This document shows positions 11,801 to 26,200 of a stretch of DNA of 64,000 nucleotides, piece by piece. Numbering within the stretch: position 1 is the stretch's first letter; each line of letters opens with the position of its first letter. The position numbers and the translations under genes are program-made. The stretch comes from Octopus sinensis (Eukaryota). The notes beneath the pieces are model-generated. The model did not search any database, was not told the DNA's origin, and saw nothing but the letters and a program-made list of their open reading frames with translations. The DNA is taken from the NCBI RefSeq assembly GCF_006345805.1, contig NC_043013.1:5766001-5830000 (forward strand), read 5' to 3'.

Positions 11801-14800
11801 ACCATTGTCAACTGCAGACCATTTTGGCATTACTCCCTCAACAACACCTCTCTCTCCCATTAGTTTCAGATGTTTACAATAACAAGTCCTGAGTTAATTA
11901 AATGAAGACACAAAGTCTCTCTCTCTCTTCAATAAATCAATAACAGAAATATATACCTTCTTTTTCAAAAAGAACATTGTAAGGTTGCATCAACTCATGC
12001 TTGACACACTCCATCAATCCCATTTTAGCCTTCTTTTCATCTTCAAACAATCTGAAATACAACAATAACCAATTAGAGAGATAAAGGATCAATGAAGCAC
12101 AAGGTCGCACATAACCTCTTTAACAAATGGGAATTTAATTTTAAAACCCCAGAACAGTGGAATATAGGCACAAACCCATTTCATTCCAGTGTTCCACTAA
12201 TTTAGCTCCTATGTAACCCCTTTTGACTCTTATCCTATTTCTACTAGATCACACTGCATTTGTCCCAGTTAATTTTTTAAATAATGAAAAATTTACTAAA
12301 ATAACTCATTATTCATCAGATCTTTGAAACATAAACATGAACCTTAGATTATTTTAAAACAGGAAAGTTTTGTCATAGAACCAGAGAAAGCATCAGGTAG
12401 GTTAGTACCAGAGAAGTTAATTAGGTTTTAAAATATTTAGTTTCGTCACTATAATGTACTATAGAATATATCAGCATGCATATTAGCCAACATTGAACCT
12501 AAAATATGTTCATGAATGGAAAAAGAGGAAGAGTTGATGACATAAAATTAACCACAGCTAATAATGACAAACTTTTAACTCCTAAATATTGTTAAACCCA
12601 CCTCTGCAAATGCAATGTACTTAAGCAATTCACTTTAAATACAACGAACAACCGGCAGTGAGACTGTTTTTAGCAGATCCCCAAATGGGGCTCATGGCAG
12701 ACAATGGGTTAACATGTAAGTGGCCGAGCACTCCACAGACACACATACCCATAACAGAGTTCTCAGGCAGATTCAGCCTGACACACCCAATGTGACAAGC
12801 TGGCCCATTGAGGTACAGGTACAGCTCATTGATGCCAACCAAGTGGATTACAGCAATGAAAAAAAAAATATTGTTAAATAGCTGCAGGAGTGGCTGTGTA
12901 TCAAGTAGCTTGCTTACCAACCACACGGTTCCGGGTTCAGTCCCACTGCGTGGCATCTTGAGCAAGTGTCTTCTGCTATAGCTCCGGGCCGACCAATGCC
13001 TTGTGAGTGGATTTGGTAGACGGAAACTGAAAGAAGCCTGTCATATATGTGTGTATATATATGTATATGTATGTGTGTGTGTGTGTGTGTGTGTTTGTCC
13101 CCCCACCGTCGCTTGACAACCGATGCTGGTGTGTTTACGTCCCCTGTCACTTAGCGGTTCGGCAAAAAGAGACTGATAGAATAAGTACTGGGCTTACAAA
13201 GAATAAGTCCCGGGGTCGATTTGCTCGACTAAAGGTGGTGCTCCAGCATGGCTGCAGTCAAATGACTGAAACAAGTAAAAGAGTAAAACACTGGTAATTA
13301 TAGTTTCATAGCATAGGGGAGGTCAGGCCATTTGTATATTGCAAGAGTGTATATTTTTACAGGTGAGTCATCATCCTCATCATTTAATGCTGACGTGGGT
13401 TGGGTGGTTAGACAGGGGCTGTTCAGGTTACATGTCTGTTTGGCATAGTTTCTATGGCTGGATGCCCTGTGTATCATTACTAAAATGTAAAGTGGACATG
13501 GCTGTAATTTTAGTAGATTGGCATCAAAGCTAGCAGGACAGGGATCAATGACTCTGGTGTATTTGAACCATTTTGTTACTAAGTATCTATTGCACTGCTA
13601 GTCTTTTATTATTTTCCTTCAGTCATTTGACTGCGGCCAAGCTGGAGCAGAGCCTTGAAGGGTTTCAGTCAAAGAAATCACCCCCAAAACTTATCCTTTT
13701 GCAAGCCTAGAACTTATTCTATTTGTCTCTTTTGCCAAATTGCTAAGTTACAGCGACATAAACACACCAGTATCAGTTGCCAAGCAATGGTGGGGGTACA
13801 CACACACAACAGGCTTCTTTCAGTTTCCACCTACCAAATCCATTCACAAGGCTTTGGTTGGCTCAAGGTGCCATGCAGTGGGGCTGAACCTGGAACCATG
13901 TGGTTGGGAAGCAAGCTTCTTACCACACAGCCACACCTGCGCTTGTTTGAATTAATTTTGAAAATTACTAAGAATTTACTAAAATAACTTGTCATTATTA
14001 AGGTGGTGATTAAAACACACATTGTGGTGAAAAATTCAATTTAAATAATTTTAAAATAGTTTGTAACATAAAACCAGGCAGGTCGATCTCATAGGTTGAA
14101 ACCTTTCATATCAACTTTCACTGACTGTCATGATATAATCTGAGTTACTTACCGTACTGTGAAAGGCATCAGCCCATATTTTTTATCAACTTCACTGAAA
14201 ATTTCTAAAAGAGAAAAAAAAAAAGATCAAATTAAATCATATACACAATTTCATCAGAATCTTTTTTTTTTACAATCCATCCTATTTATATCAATACCAA
14301 ACAATTTCATCCACGTCATCAATTTTACTGCCCCACAAAAATACTTTTTTGGAGGGCTTATTTTGCTTTTAATTTTTTTCCAACATGGAGTGGGTTGTTA
14401 TTGAGGCAGAAAAGGTAAATGGGTAAATTTACCTTCCTGAGTCATAAAAAACACATAAGGGCCAGTTTCCAAATTCCCCACCTGGGCAGGGCACCAGTTC
14501 ATCGCAGGGTTACTCATTTTTGCCAGCTGAGTGGACTGGAGCAATGCGAAACGAAGTGTTTTGGTCAAGGACACAGCACATCAACACATCCAGAAATCGA
14601 AACCACAATTTTACAATCAGGAGTCCAACACCCTAACCACTAAGCTACACACCTCCACTATTGAAGCAGAATCTACTAAACTCCAGTTTCTCCCTTCCCC
14701 ACCCCTCACCAAGATGGTGGTGGTGGTTGTGAAGGCCTGTCACAATCCTTTTTTAAAACCGCCAATATTGTGTACAATATTGGGAGTAGGAGTTTTAGTT

Positions 14801-17203
14801 ACAGATGAGTGCCCTTACCATCATCTATTGAGCTGCATTATCAGAGACAACCTGGTTTCTGATTTATGCACAAGTCCAGTAATTTTGAGGGGAATTATTA
14901 AGCAGATAGCATTAACCCCAGTGCTCGGCTGATATTTTATTTAACTGACCCCAACAGGAAAGTCATGGTAGATTTGAACTCAGAATGTAAAAAGTCGAAA
15001 TAAACACTATAAGACATTTCTAATGATTCTAGCAATCCACCATCTTGAAATAATTTCTAACATTGACAAAAAAGTTACCAATTTTGAAAGATGTAGTAAA
15101 GGGTAGTAAATAAAATTACCCCAGGGTGTTATTGATACCTAACCAGTAGCAGTTGATCATTGAGAGACTGGCACTTCTATTTCTCCAGCCACCAGTGTAA
15201 CTAAAAAGCAATCTGCCAGTCCACTGAAGAAGCATGAAGATGTGGTATGAACTTGTAGTCTTCAAACTGGTTGTCACTCAGTTACAAATGACAACAGACA
15301 TTAATTTCACAACTGTTTCAGTTCCTCAATGGCCAGAAATTCTTAGTTGTCAACCCATCAAACATATACGCACAACATTTACAAATTTATATCTTCAATG
15401 TCGTCGGCGTTATCAGCATCAGCTGCTGTTGCCGCCGCTGCCACCATCTAATGCCCACTTCCCCAAGCTTGCATTGGTCAGAGTTCACTGTGGCAAATTT
15501 TATCTATCTGGATGCTCTTCCTGTTTCTAAGGGCCAGAAATATTTATGCAGAATATTGAAAAGGAATAACATTCATTTACAACAATAACACAATAGTAAA
15601 ACAAAGAGATACAAACACACATACACGTGTGTGTGTGTGTGTGTGTTTAGAAATCACATAATTGTTAATAAGCATCAACATCATCATACAGGTAAGGTTG
15701 TTTGCTTCTAGTTTTCTGCAAAAAACATGTCTAGCTATGGGAAAGTGTTAGCTTGGTTGGAAACAGGTGATGGTTGGTGACAGGAAGGACATCTGGCCAG
15801 AGAAAAATCTACCTCAATAAATACAATGCAAGCATGGATAGTTATAACAGAAGACACCAAGTGACAGTGTCCATGAAGGGGATGGGAAACCAACCTTAAA
15901 CTGTGTGGTTCTGAAGCAAACTTCTAAATCACATGGCCGTGCCTACCTTTGTCATAAAAGTTTGATGTTCAACCCAGTGAGTCATGTGGGTAAATTTCTA
16001 ATTTAAAAACAAAAACTTACGGCGAGAGACTCTCATCTTCAATTGGTAAATCGCATCTTTTTTCTTGTAGATTGTCGTCCTTGTGTCAACTTCTTTTCCC
16101 TTTAAAATAAAATATTACAATTGTAATTATTACTTTTTCAATGAAATGGACTCGACACAAACCTCTTCAGACCTAATCCTGATATATCACAAAAGTTTGC
16201 AGGTGGTGCTATTAAGTTAGACATGGCCGAAACCTATCAAAGTATCAAAGTATAAACAGCACCATTGGTTTCTGGTTTCCAATTATTGGTTAACTGCACT
16301 AATGGTGGTGAGTGTTAGGGGATTATCTAGCTAACAGGGACAGAACAAATATCACATGAGATTTGTATTTGAAAGCCCAAGTGAATCGGTTTTCATATTT
16401 ATCTTGATACTCACACACAATCTCATCATTTTATATCCACTTTCCATGTTGGTATGGACTGGAGTATTGCCATGGTCCCAGTCAGTCAGTCAAATTTACT
16501 GTTCACCTCTCAAACTGAGGTTAGGCAAAAAGAAAAGGGGGGGGGGAATTGGCCCAAGATACTGCACAATGACATATGTTACACAGGCACAGTTGTGGTT
16601 AAGAAGTATGCTTCCAAACCACATGGTTAGGTGTTCAGTTCCATTGCATGACACCTTCGGCAAATGCTTTCTATTATAGTTCTGGGGCAACAAAAGCCCT
16701 GTACATAGATTTTGTAGATGGAAAGTAAAAGAAATGTATGTGAGTGTCTCCTTGTCTTGAACTCACATGAAAGTTGTAAATGAGTACCACTGTCATACAA
16801 GCAGTGTCATTCATTTCCAATAGTCTACAACAAAATCATATCTGACCATAGAAAATGCATCAAACTGTCCAACCCACACAAGCACGAAAAAGTGGACCAT
16901 AAAATGATGATGATATTCATATCTCTCTCTTTCTCTCTGTGCCCTTCTGTTGAAGTGTAGCTACTGTAGAGTGATCTCCAAACCAGAACCATGAAGAATC
17001 TTTGACCTGCTCCAGCTGGCCACTTTAACCAGTCTACTTCAAATGCTGATAGTCACATTTGTACTAGAAAAGGTTAAATTTAAACTTAAACTACATGCAG
17101 TTTTCTCTCACTAAATATATTACAAAGAAATCGATGACTGCTTCGTTGAAAGAACAGCCAAACCTCTCTCAAAGTGCATCTTAGAGTCCTTTAAAATAAT
17201 AAT

Positions 17204-17253
<50 letters not shown>

Positions 17254-20200
17254 AATGATTCTTAGGAAGGCCATCTAGCTGTAGAAACCATGTCAAAGCA
17301 GGCTCTGGAGCCTGATGCAGCCTTCTGACTTGCCAGCCCCTGTAGAATTGTTCAACCCATGCCAGCATGGAAAATGGACATTAGATGGTCATGGTGCTGA
17401 TGATGATGATAATGGATAATGCAATCTTAGAACCCAATGTCCAAATATACAGCAGGAAGGTCATGGCTCAACAGCAATGATGACCATCTTTTGACCTAAT
17501 GAATCAGTTATTTTTAAGCTTCTTCGGGACTTCATAAGAACAGGATGATAGCCTTCACTACAAGACATCACAGAAAACAACATTTCTCTCCGCATTATAT
17601 AATTGCAAATCGTAATACCAAGTATTTACCTTTCCTTCACCAGTGCTGACTAAAATATCAATGGCATACACATCGTGCACTTCAAATTCACATTTCTCGT
17701 GATCTTTCCTACACAAAAGAAATTGAACAAAAAAAAAAGAATATATATATAAAAAAAGGTTACGGATGTAAAAAAGAAAATTAAAAGAAACAAAAAGTCT
17801 AGTTTAACATTTAAAATCTTCACAAACAGATTAAGTGTTTGTGCAAAATGAAATAAAAAATCCTACTTATATATGCCTGATATTTATAAGCTTAGAAACG
17901 AAGACTTTTTATGAACATTTTTTTAAACCCTTTTGATACCAACTCACTTGAGTTTACCCTTGATTATGGGACGCAAACTTCCCAATTTAAATTAATTTAA
18001 CCCTTATGTTACCAAACCAGCTCTGGTTCTTGTTTCCATAAGTTTTGAATTAAAATCTTCCACTAAACTTTTGCCACAATTTTTTATGTTCCTAAAACTA
18101 GCTTAATGATAAGTTATTTTACTAAATTCTTTGTCAGATTTTAAATTAATTGAAAGGAAACAAAGCATTTCAAAATAAATACAGTAACGAAAAGGTTAAA
18201 TAATCTAATCTGATTTGCCCATGAAATTTTCATGTTTATTTATGTTTTAAACAAAAGCTTCTTTAACCCTTTATCAAAGCAGCCCACATATTCAACCTGT
18301 TTAGGTGCAAACCATCCAGATCTGGCCTTTCACACTTTCCCTACAATGTTATTCTACAAATAAACAATTACATCGCTAAAACCTCAAAAGTTATATGATA
18401 ATGCATAATTAATTAAAAACAATGTGAGAAAAAAAAAACACAGGTAACATTTGACTGAATAACATCATCATTGTTTAACATCTGCCTTCCATGCTGGCAT
18501 GGGTGGGACTACATGAATGACAAAGCTATTTCACCAATTCTTCACTATTTTCACAAGTGAAACGAGGCAACAGAATGTATATAAACAAATTAACATTTGT
18601 TTTTTTTGATAAGCATTGAAATGTGTATTTTATGATACAATTAGTTAATAATTAGTTTCGATGCAGAAACACCATTAGAAACAGCAAAAATATTGGTAAC
18701 AAAATGGTTTTAAATAATTCCACCACTTTTTGAAATTACACTGGGTATCATGAATGGTTACACAGGCTTAGATATAGCAGTTTTGAGGTTTACTGCCAAT
18801 GCATTAGATGAATTCCTGTTCAACATTTTCTCTCAATCTTAAACCTTTTGTTACAATATTTCGGTTGAAATACATTGCCTGTTTAAGAAAATTTGAAAAT
18901 AATGAAGAATTTATGAAAGTATCTCTCTTGTTATTAAGTGTTTGGAACAGCTAAGTAACATGAAATTTTGATGGAAGGTTTTTAATTTGATTCAAGTTTG
19001 CATCATAGAACCAGGACAGTCTCAGACAAGGTGCTATCTTACCAACTACATGGTTCTGGGTTCAGTCCCATGCGTGGCACCTTGGGCAAGTATCTTCTAC
19101 TATAGCCTTGGGCCAACCAAAACCTTGTGAGTGGATTTGGTAGACAGAAACTGAAAAAAGCCCACCGTATATATATATGTGTGTGTGTGTGTGTATGCTT
19201 GTGTGTCTGTGTTGTGTTTGCTCCCCCAACATTGCTTGACAACTGATGGCGGTGTGTTTACATCCTTGTAACTTAGCGGTTCAGCAAAACAGACCAATAG
19301 AATAAGCCTTGGGGTTGATTTGACTGCATGGCTGCAGTCAAATGACTGAAACAAGTGAAAGAGAGTGATAATTCAAACTGTGCTTTGGTAGTCCAATGCT
19401 ACCAAGACCCTGCCTAGGAATTCAAGCCTCACCAACAATATTGGTTCTGTATCATCATAAATTCCTTTCGGAAATGCATCGCTTACCTTTGGGCATCTGT
19501 AGGGTTCAAAATGATGGCCTTCTCACCATCAATCACATGCTTCTTTAGCTGATGTGATAACATCCCTGCAATAAAAGGTCACAAAATTAGGGGATCCAGA
19601 CATTTTGGGATGATGATATTGTCAAGATAAGATTAACATTGAAATATTTGGTTCCATGTGTGCGTGAATAGGATCAAGGTGTTTGGAAAGATGAAACAGC
19701 TACATAGGAAAAAGGATGCAATCAGGATGACATTTACTCTCTGGTAAATTGGGGTTAATTTACCTTAGCTTCTTCCTTTACAACTACTTCCACAATGGGT
19801 GAATGGCCTGCTAGTAGTTGAAGAGGTTAAAAGGAACTGCAGTTCTATCACACACTTGTAATACTAACATTGACAAATGGTTAATAACCTATTTATTACT
19901 AACTATTACAACGGCAATCGGAGACTCTCTGGACCATTGAAGAAGATAGAGAAGTGCCTCTCTAGCATGCAGTCTAACCCGGACCTAGATCAGGTCATTT
20001 CACAGCATAAACTATAGACAGCAGAGTGCATGCTGAAGTAGCACCAACAGAGGACTCTATTAATTTTGATGAATAGAAGATGGCAAATCACACATGGACT
20101 CTTGTAAGTGCCATTGTTGAGAGAGGAGAGGGTGAAAAAGAGGATAATGGAAAGTTGTCTTCTTTTAGTAAAAAGGTTCAGCGATCATCATAGTAGAACA

Positions 20201-23200
20201 TATTTTTACATTAATGATGGACATCCCTAATATATCAATCACTACACACATCCTGAACTATTGTCCAATCACTGGAAAAAAAACTGGTTCTTCAAAAAAT
20301 ATGACAAAATATACATGAGGTATATCTACCACTTCAACCCATGAGCAAAGTCAGAAGACCAAATTAATTGAATAACTAAATGGGGGGTTTGGAACTGCAT
20401 TGCTTTTCAGGATATTAGCACCATTCTACAAAAGGATACAGTGGAGATGTCAACATATAAACAGTTTAAAATATTGCCATTTTTCCCTGCTGAAACCAAT
20501 AAATTGTTGTTAATCCCATATCAGGACTGATTGACATACACCTCCATCGTGACTGGACATTACTGCATTGAGTCCCAACACTCATAGGGCTGATTATCTA
20601 ATTTCCACAGCATATAAGTGGGTGAGATAGCAAGATTCTCCCCTGGATGGGATGCCAATCCATTGCCGGGTTACTCCTTTACAGCTGAGTGGACTGGGGC
20701 AATGTGAAATGAAGTGTCTGGCTCAAGAACACAATGCACCACCCAGTCCAGGAATTGAAACCACAATCTTCTGGTTGTGAATGCAACACCCTAGACTACA
20801 CGAGTCTCTGTTCTAATTTTAAACCTATAGCTACATTGTCCAATAAGAATTTTCCCTTTCAAGCCAGACAGGTGCAATTTGAGGAACTCCAGCTCCTATA
20901 TCTAGCAGACCCAGCAACAGCATTGAGACTCCCCCAGCTGACTCCTACATCCATAGCAAAGTGAAAGACTGATAAATAAGGTGTAAAAAGCCATCAAAGT
21001 ATTTACCTTCAACAGGTTTACACTTGAAAGATTCAGCTACCTTCTGGATGGCATCAGTGACAGTATAATTCTACAATACAAAAGAGGAAATACAAATAAA
21101 TATTAAATGTATATCAGAAATTATATAATCTCTTACACTGGTGCAGGCATGGCCGAGTGGTTTTAGGTTCAGCCCCAGACAATGGTAGATTGGACAAGTG
21201 ATATTGACCAACCAGTACCTTGTGGGTGATTTTGGTAGACAAGTCAATGTGGCTGTGTGTGTGTGCATAGCTGTGCCTTTTTGTATTTCCCTGTGCGGAA
21301 TTATTTTACATAGTGCAGCAAAAAATACATGGTTAGAATAAGTAACAAACAGATGAAAAAAGTACTGGGGTCACTTTGATCAACTAATGTCCAATAAAGT
21401 TACCTATACTCTCTTTTACTTGTTTCAGTCATTTGACTGCGGCCATGCTGGAGCACCGCCTTTAGTCGAGCAAATCGACCCCGGGACTTATTCTTTGTAA
21501 GCCCAGTACTTATTCTATCGGTCTCTTTTGCCGAACCGCTCATTGACGAGGACGTAAACACACCAGCATCGGTTGTCAAGCAATGCTAGGGGTCAAACAC
21601 AAACACACATATATATACATATATACGACGGGCTTCTTTCAGTTTCCGTCTACCAAATCCACTCACAAGGCATTGGTCAGCCCGAGGCTATAGCAGAAGA
21701 CACTTGCCCAAGATGCCACGCAGTGGGACTGAACCCGGAACCATGTGGTTGGTTAGCAAGCTACTTACCACACAGCCACTCCTGCGCTATGGATAAGAAT
21801 AATTAAGCTCATCCTTATGGTAAGACTCAGTGCCTTGAGACACCACCACCACCACCACCACCACCACCTCACCATACATTGTAGTCTTATGCTACAGGCA
21901 TACACTATGTCAGGGTCCTGCAAACTCATTTTTTGCCCACCTACCTGATGATGTAGGGTCAGAATTTCTGGGCCCAGGCAATTACAGTTTTCACCATATA
22001 GCGACTGTCACCAACTTCCATTCTACTCCTAGGCAGAAGTCCATAATACATAGCAGAGCAAGATTGCTTCCTAAACAACATGATCTTGGCAGGTTGAGAC
22101 CCACTACACTGCACCTTGGCCAGTATCTTCTACTACAGCCCAAGGTCAACCAAAGCCTGGAGAGTAGATTTGCTTCATGGAAGATAAAGAAGCTCAGCAT
22201 ATGTGTGCGTGTGTGCACCCATGTCTTCACATTGTCTGTCAATTGTAAACTAAGCTTCCATGAAACACATGTCTAGCCATTACTTTGCTTTGGAAAGGCG
22301 AGGATTTGTGACAGGAAAGGTACCTGGCCATAGAAAATCTGTCTGGTTTGTGCAAGGAAGAAAAGTAGACTTCAAAATGATGCACACACACAAACAAGGA
22401 TATGTCGATAAAGAGGAACACAAACATGTATCCATGTAAAAGACATTCTGAAAGACACACAGTATAAACCTAGTTATAAATAAATAATACAATTATCAAG
22501 AAATAATAATAAATAATAATATATATATATATATGTAATAATAAAAAAAAAAACTACTTACAATATTTCCAGGTTTTACAAGGCGGAGCGCAGCTTCACT
22601 GGCCAAGTGGGCGGCAAGACAAACATCTGCTTTTCGGCCCTTCACTTTGTTTTCCTGAACAACAAAAAGAAAGATAAAAAGTTTAAATAAAATTAACCTT
22701 TGACATTATCATAATTTCCATCATCATCATCACTATCTCTGTCGCTATTTCAATCACCCCCCCCCACACACACTGACTGTGATTAACCCTTTCGTTACTG
22801 TATTTATTTTGAGATGTTCTGTGTTTCTTTCAATTATTTTAAATATACCAAAGAATTTAGTAAAATAACTTAGTTATTATTAAGCTAGTGCTAGGAATGT
22901 AAATTGTGACTAAGGTTTGGTGGAATATTTTAATTCAAAACTTATGAAAACAAGACATTTTACCACATAGCCAGAGCCGGTTTTGGCCGGGTTAGTAACA
23001 AAACGGTTAATCAGTTATACTTTGTTTTATATTCCCCTGTTTTAAAAACACTAGCGATTGTAGTTGTTTAATGATTAATGAATGAAATGATGACATTCAA
23101 ATGTAAAAATATTGGTTCCAACAATCCTTACAAAAAAAATTTTTTAAATTCAAATTCATGGGGAAAATCTGCCCCTCCACTCCACTGCAAAACCACCAAA

Positions 23201-26200
23201 ACAAAGAAACATATTTGTTAACATGAACAAATGTCGATCATATTTTGTAAAGTTTAACCCTTTCATTACTGAATTTATTTTGTGATGCTCTGTGTTTCTT
23301 TCAATTATTTTAAATATAACAAAGAATTTAGTAAAATAACTTACTTATCATTAAGCTAGTGTTAGGAACATAAATTGTGACTAAGGTTTGGTGGAAGATT
23401 TTAATTAAAAACTTATGAAAACAAGATATGTATATTAAAGAGCCAGAGCCGGTTTCAGCCGGGTTGGTAACGAAAGGGTTAACAGAAATGATTTTAACAT
23501 AATTATAGGGTCAAAAAACGAACATTTGCAGCTATTGTTATTTTTGTAGCAATAAATAATTACATATACGCTCAAGTACAGGGCTGGCCAACTTGAGGCC
23601 TGCGGACTGCATGCGGCCCACTTGATACTTTCTTGAAATGGATTTATTTAAACAAACATTGTAATGAAAAGTAAAAAAGAAAGATACTACTGTTTTTGCA
23701 ATGATAATATTTCATGTTGTATCAACGGTCATTCATTCATTATTGTAATAATGGTATGAGAAAGCAAAATGCTTTCAATTCTGTCAGTATACAAGTGGCT
23801 CTCAAAAAACTTTGTGATTAAAGTTGTTTGCAATGGAATTTGAGTTGGCCAGGCCTGATCAAGTAATTAACAAAAGCCACTAAAATCTTCAATACTGAAC
23901 ATTAATCTCTAACTTACACATTCATGTGTATGAGAGTTTGTCTAAAGGTGTCAAATTCCTGACGACATATGATTGACAGCTAATGAAGGAATTCTACCTG
24001 CTTGTGTAAATAAAATGCTCGTTGTAACTGTCCTGTTTAGTTGTAGTTTAATGTGATTGTAGCATCATTATATGGCAGATATGAAGCACAAACACAACAT
24101 GACATTTACTCAGATTCACACAATTATATCTATGAACTCAAGAAAACGTCATTTCCTCATAAGCACACGGATTTTAAAAAGTCAGAAAATGGCCACTCTC
24201 CATATTTTCATTGATTGTCACATTACAATGAAGATCAATTAAAAGTGTTTTCTAAGTAGATTTTCTATATTTCCAACCACCTTGACCCTCCCCTAATTTT
24301 TTTTTATACAATTATCACATTTTACTAAGGCCATGTTGATCATGAGATCCTGCTGAAGGTGTTGAAATCATGGCGATGTACGACTGACTGCTGATGAAGG
24401 AATTTAACTGGTTATGTAACAAACAAAATATTCCAGAGAATAATCTGCTTTATATGTGTGTCACTAAATGTTAACTGTCACCAGATACAGATGAAATACC
24501 AATATTAACACACATACATGCACACAACAAGGCTAAGTTGTACTGAAATTTCTAATGAACCTAAAGAATACAGAGGTGATTACTCAACTCTGCTGTTCCT
24601 GAGTCTCAAATACCAATGTTCCAGTGTCATATGGAAATAAATCTGACATATTCATCAAGGCACATGCTTTTTGTATGAAGATAAAACACCAATGTCACAC
24701 TGATAAACACAACAATCCCACCTATCTCATGCCCTACATTGATTGTTACCAACCTAGGATCAGAGAGATAAGTCGGAAATTTGTAAAGTTGACAGACATT
24801 CCAAAAACCTGATGAGAAAATTCCTTTTAATAAAAGGAGTTTATGGTAGTGAACATGTTTGGAATCGCTGCCCTACATATTTACCATGATGTTAGAATAG
24901 GTAACAAAGCCATACACATACATATTCCAGTTTACACAATAGCATCTTGTAACATAAGAGATAATCTGGCTGACTCAGCACAGAAGATAGGGAGCTGAAC
25001 TATACTTTTAGACTGTGTAGCACTGAAAGTGGTCCTAAGATTTGAAATGGAAATGAAGTGAAAACATGAGCAATGAGAGGAAAGAGCGCTAGACACAATG
25101 GGAGGATTTTAATTACATATTCATTGTTTATAGAAGAGGGAATGACAGGCTCTCGTTAGTGCAACCATTATCAACTGCTTGGCATAGATATATGGTCGAA
25201 CCTCTATTGCCAAGATGGTAGACAGTTCTTTTCAGTCCCGACAGTTTTTATTTATCCCACTCTCCTCTCTTCAGACATAAATTAAGGAGCAGTGTGCACA
25301 CACATGTACAAATAATGAACCAAGTCAGTTAACCGTACTCCGCATATCTTTAACCCTTTCGATACCAACCACTGAGATAAACCCTGGTTCTGACACAAAC
25401 TTCCTATTTTAGCCCTTTAGTAGTCAGATTACTGTCATTGTAGGGGTAGGTTTGAGAGGCTGGATCTGGCTGGTTTGAACAATAAGCAGGTAGAATATTA
25501 ACCCTTTCGTTACCGACCTGGCTGAAACCTGCTCTGGCTCTGAGTACAAATGTCTTGTTTTCATAAGTTTTGAATTACAATCTTCCACTAAAACTTAGTC
25601 ACAATTTATGTTCCCAATACTAGCTTAATGATAACTAAGTTATTTTACTAAATTCTTTGTTATATTTAAAGTAATTGAAAGAAACACAGAGCATCTCAAA
25701 ATAAATACAGTAATAAAAGGGTTAAGACCATATATGGCCGGTTTAAATGCAAAAGGGTTAAAGTGTTTTAAATTCAAGCCCTCCATCAAAATTTCATAAT
25801 TAATCACGTTTCAAAAACCAGCTTAATAGTGATAAACTTATTTTAATAATAAATTCTTTGTTATTTTCAAAATCAACTGAAAACTAATGGCAGTGTATAG
25901 CGACAGAAAAATGATAACAAAAGGGTTAAGAAAACAAGGGGTGACCCTTATATTTAACAAAGAAATTACCATATTTTAATTTGTATAAGGAACCCCTTTT
26001 TATAAAAAACGTTAAAAAAATATGGGAGTTTCTTATATATAGGACAGTATTATAATCCCTTACAAAACCATTTTTCCAAATGTTAAGCCCCCCCCCCCCC
26101 CCAATTAGGGGGTTCCTTATACACGTTAAAATATGGTTATACTGTGGCTTGATTTGTCACACATCCATAAACAACAGCATCATTATCAAAAGGTACTCAC

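Noticed and set aside
12150-12196. gaacagtggaat/attccagtgttc hairpin near the exon 11 acceptor
   Set aside because: No second hairpin with a terminal ACA; not distinguishable from chance.
16167-16310. CTGA ~67 nt before the exon 9 acceptor plus a nearby hairpin (possible snoRNA)
   Set aside because: No C box at a suitable distance and no H/ACA pair; the hairpin pairs better on the antisense strand.
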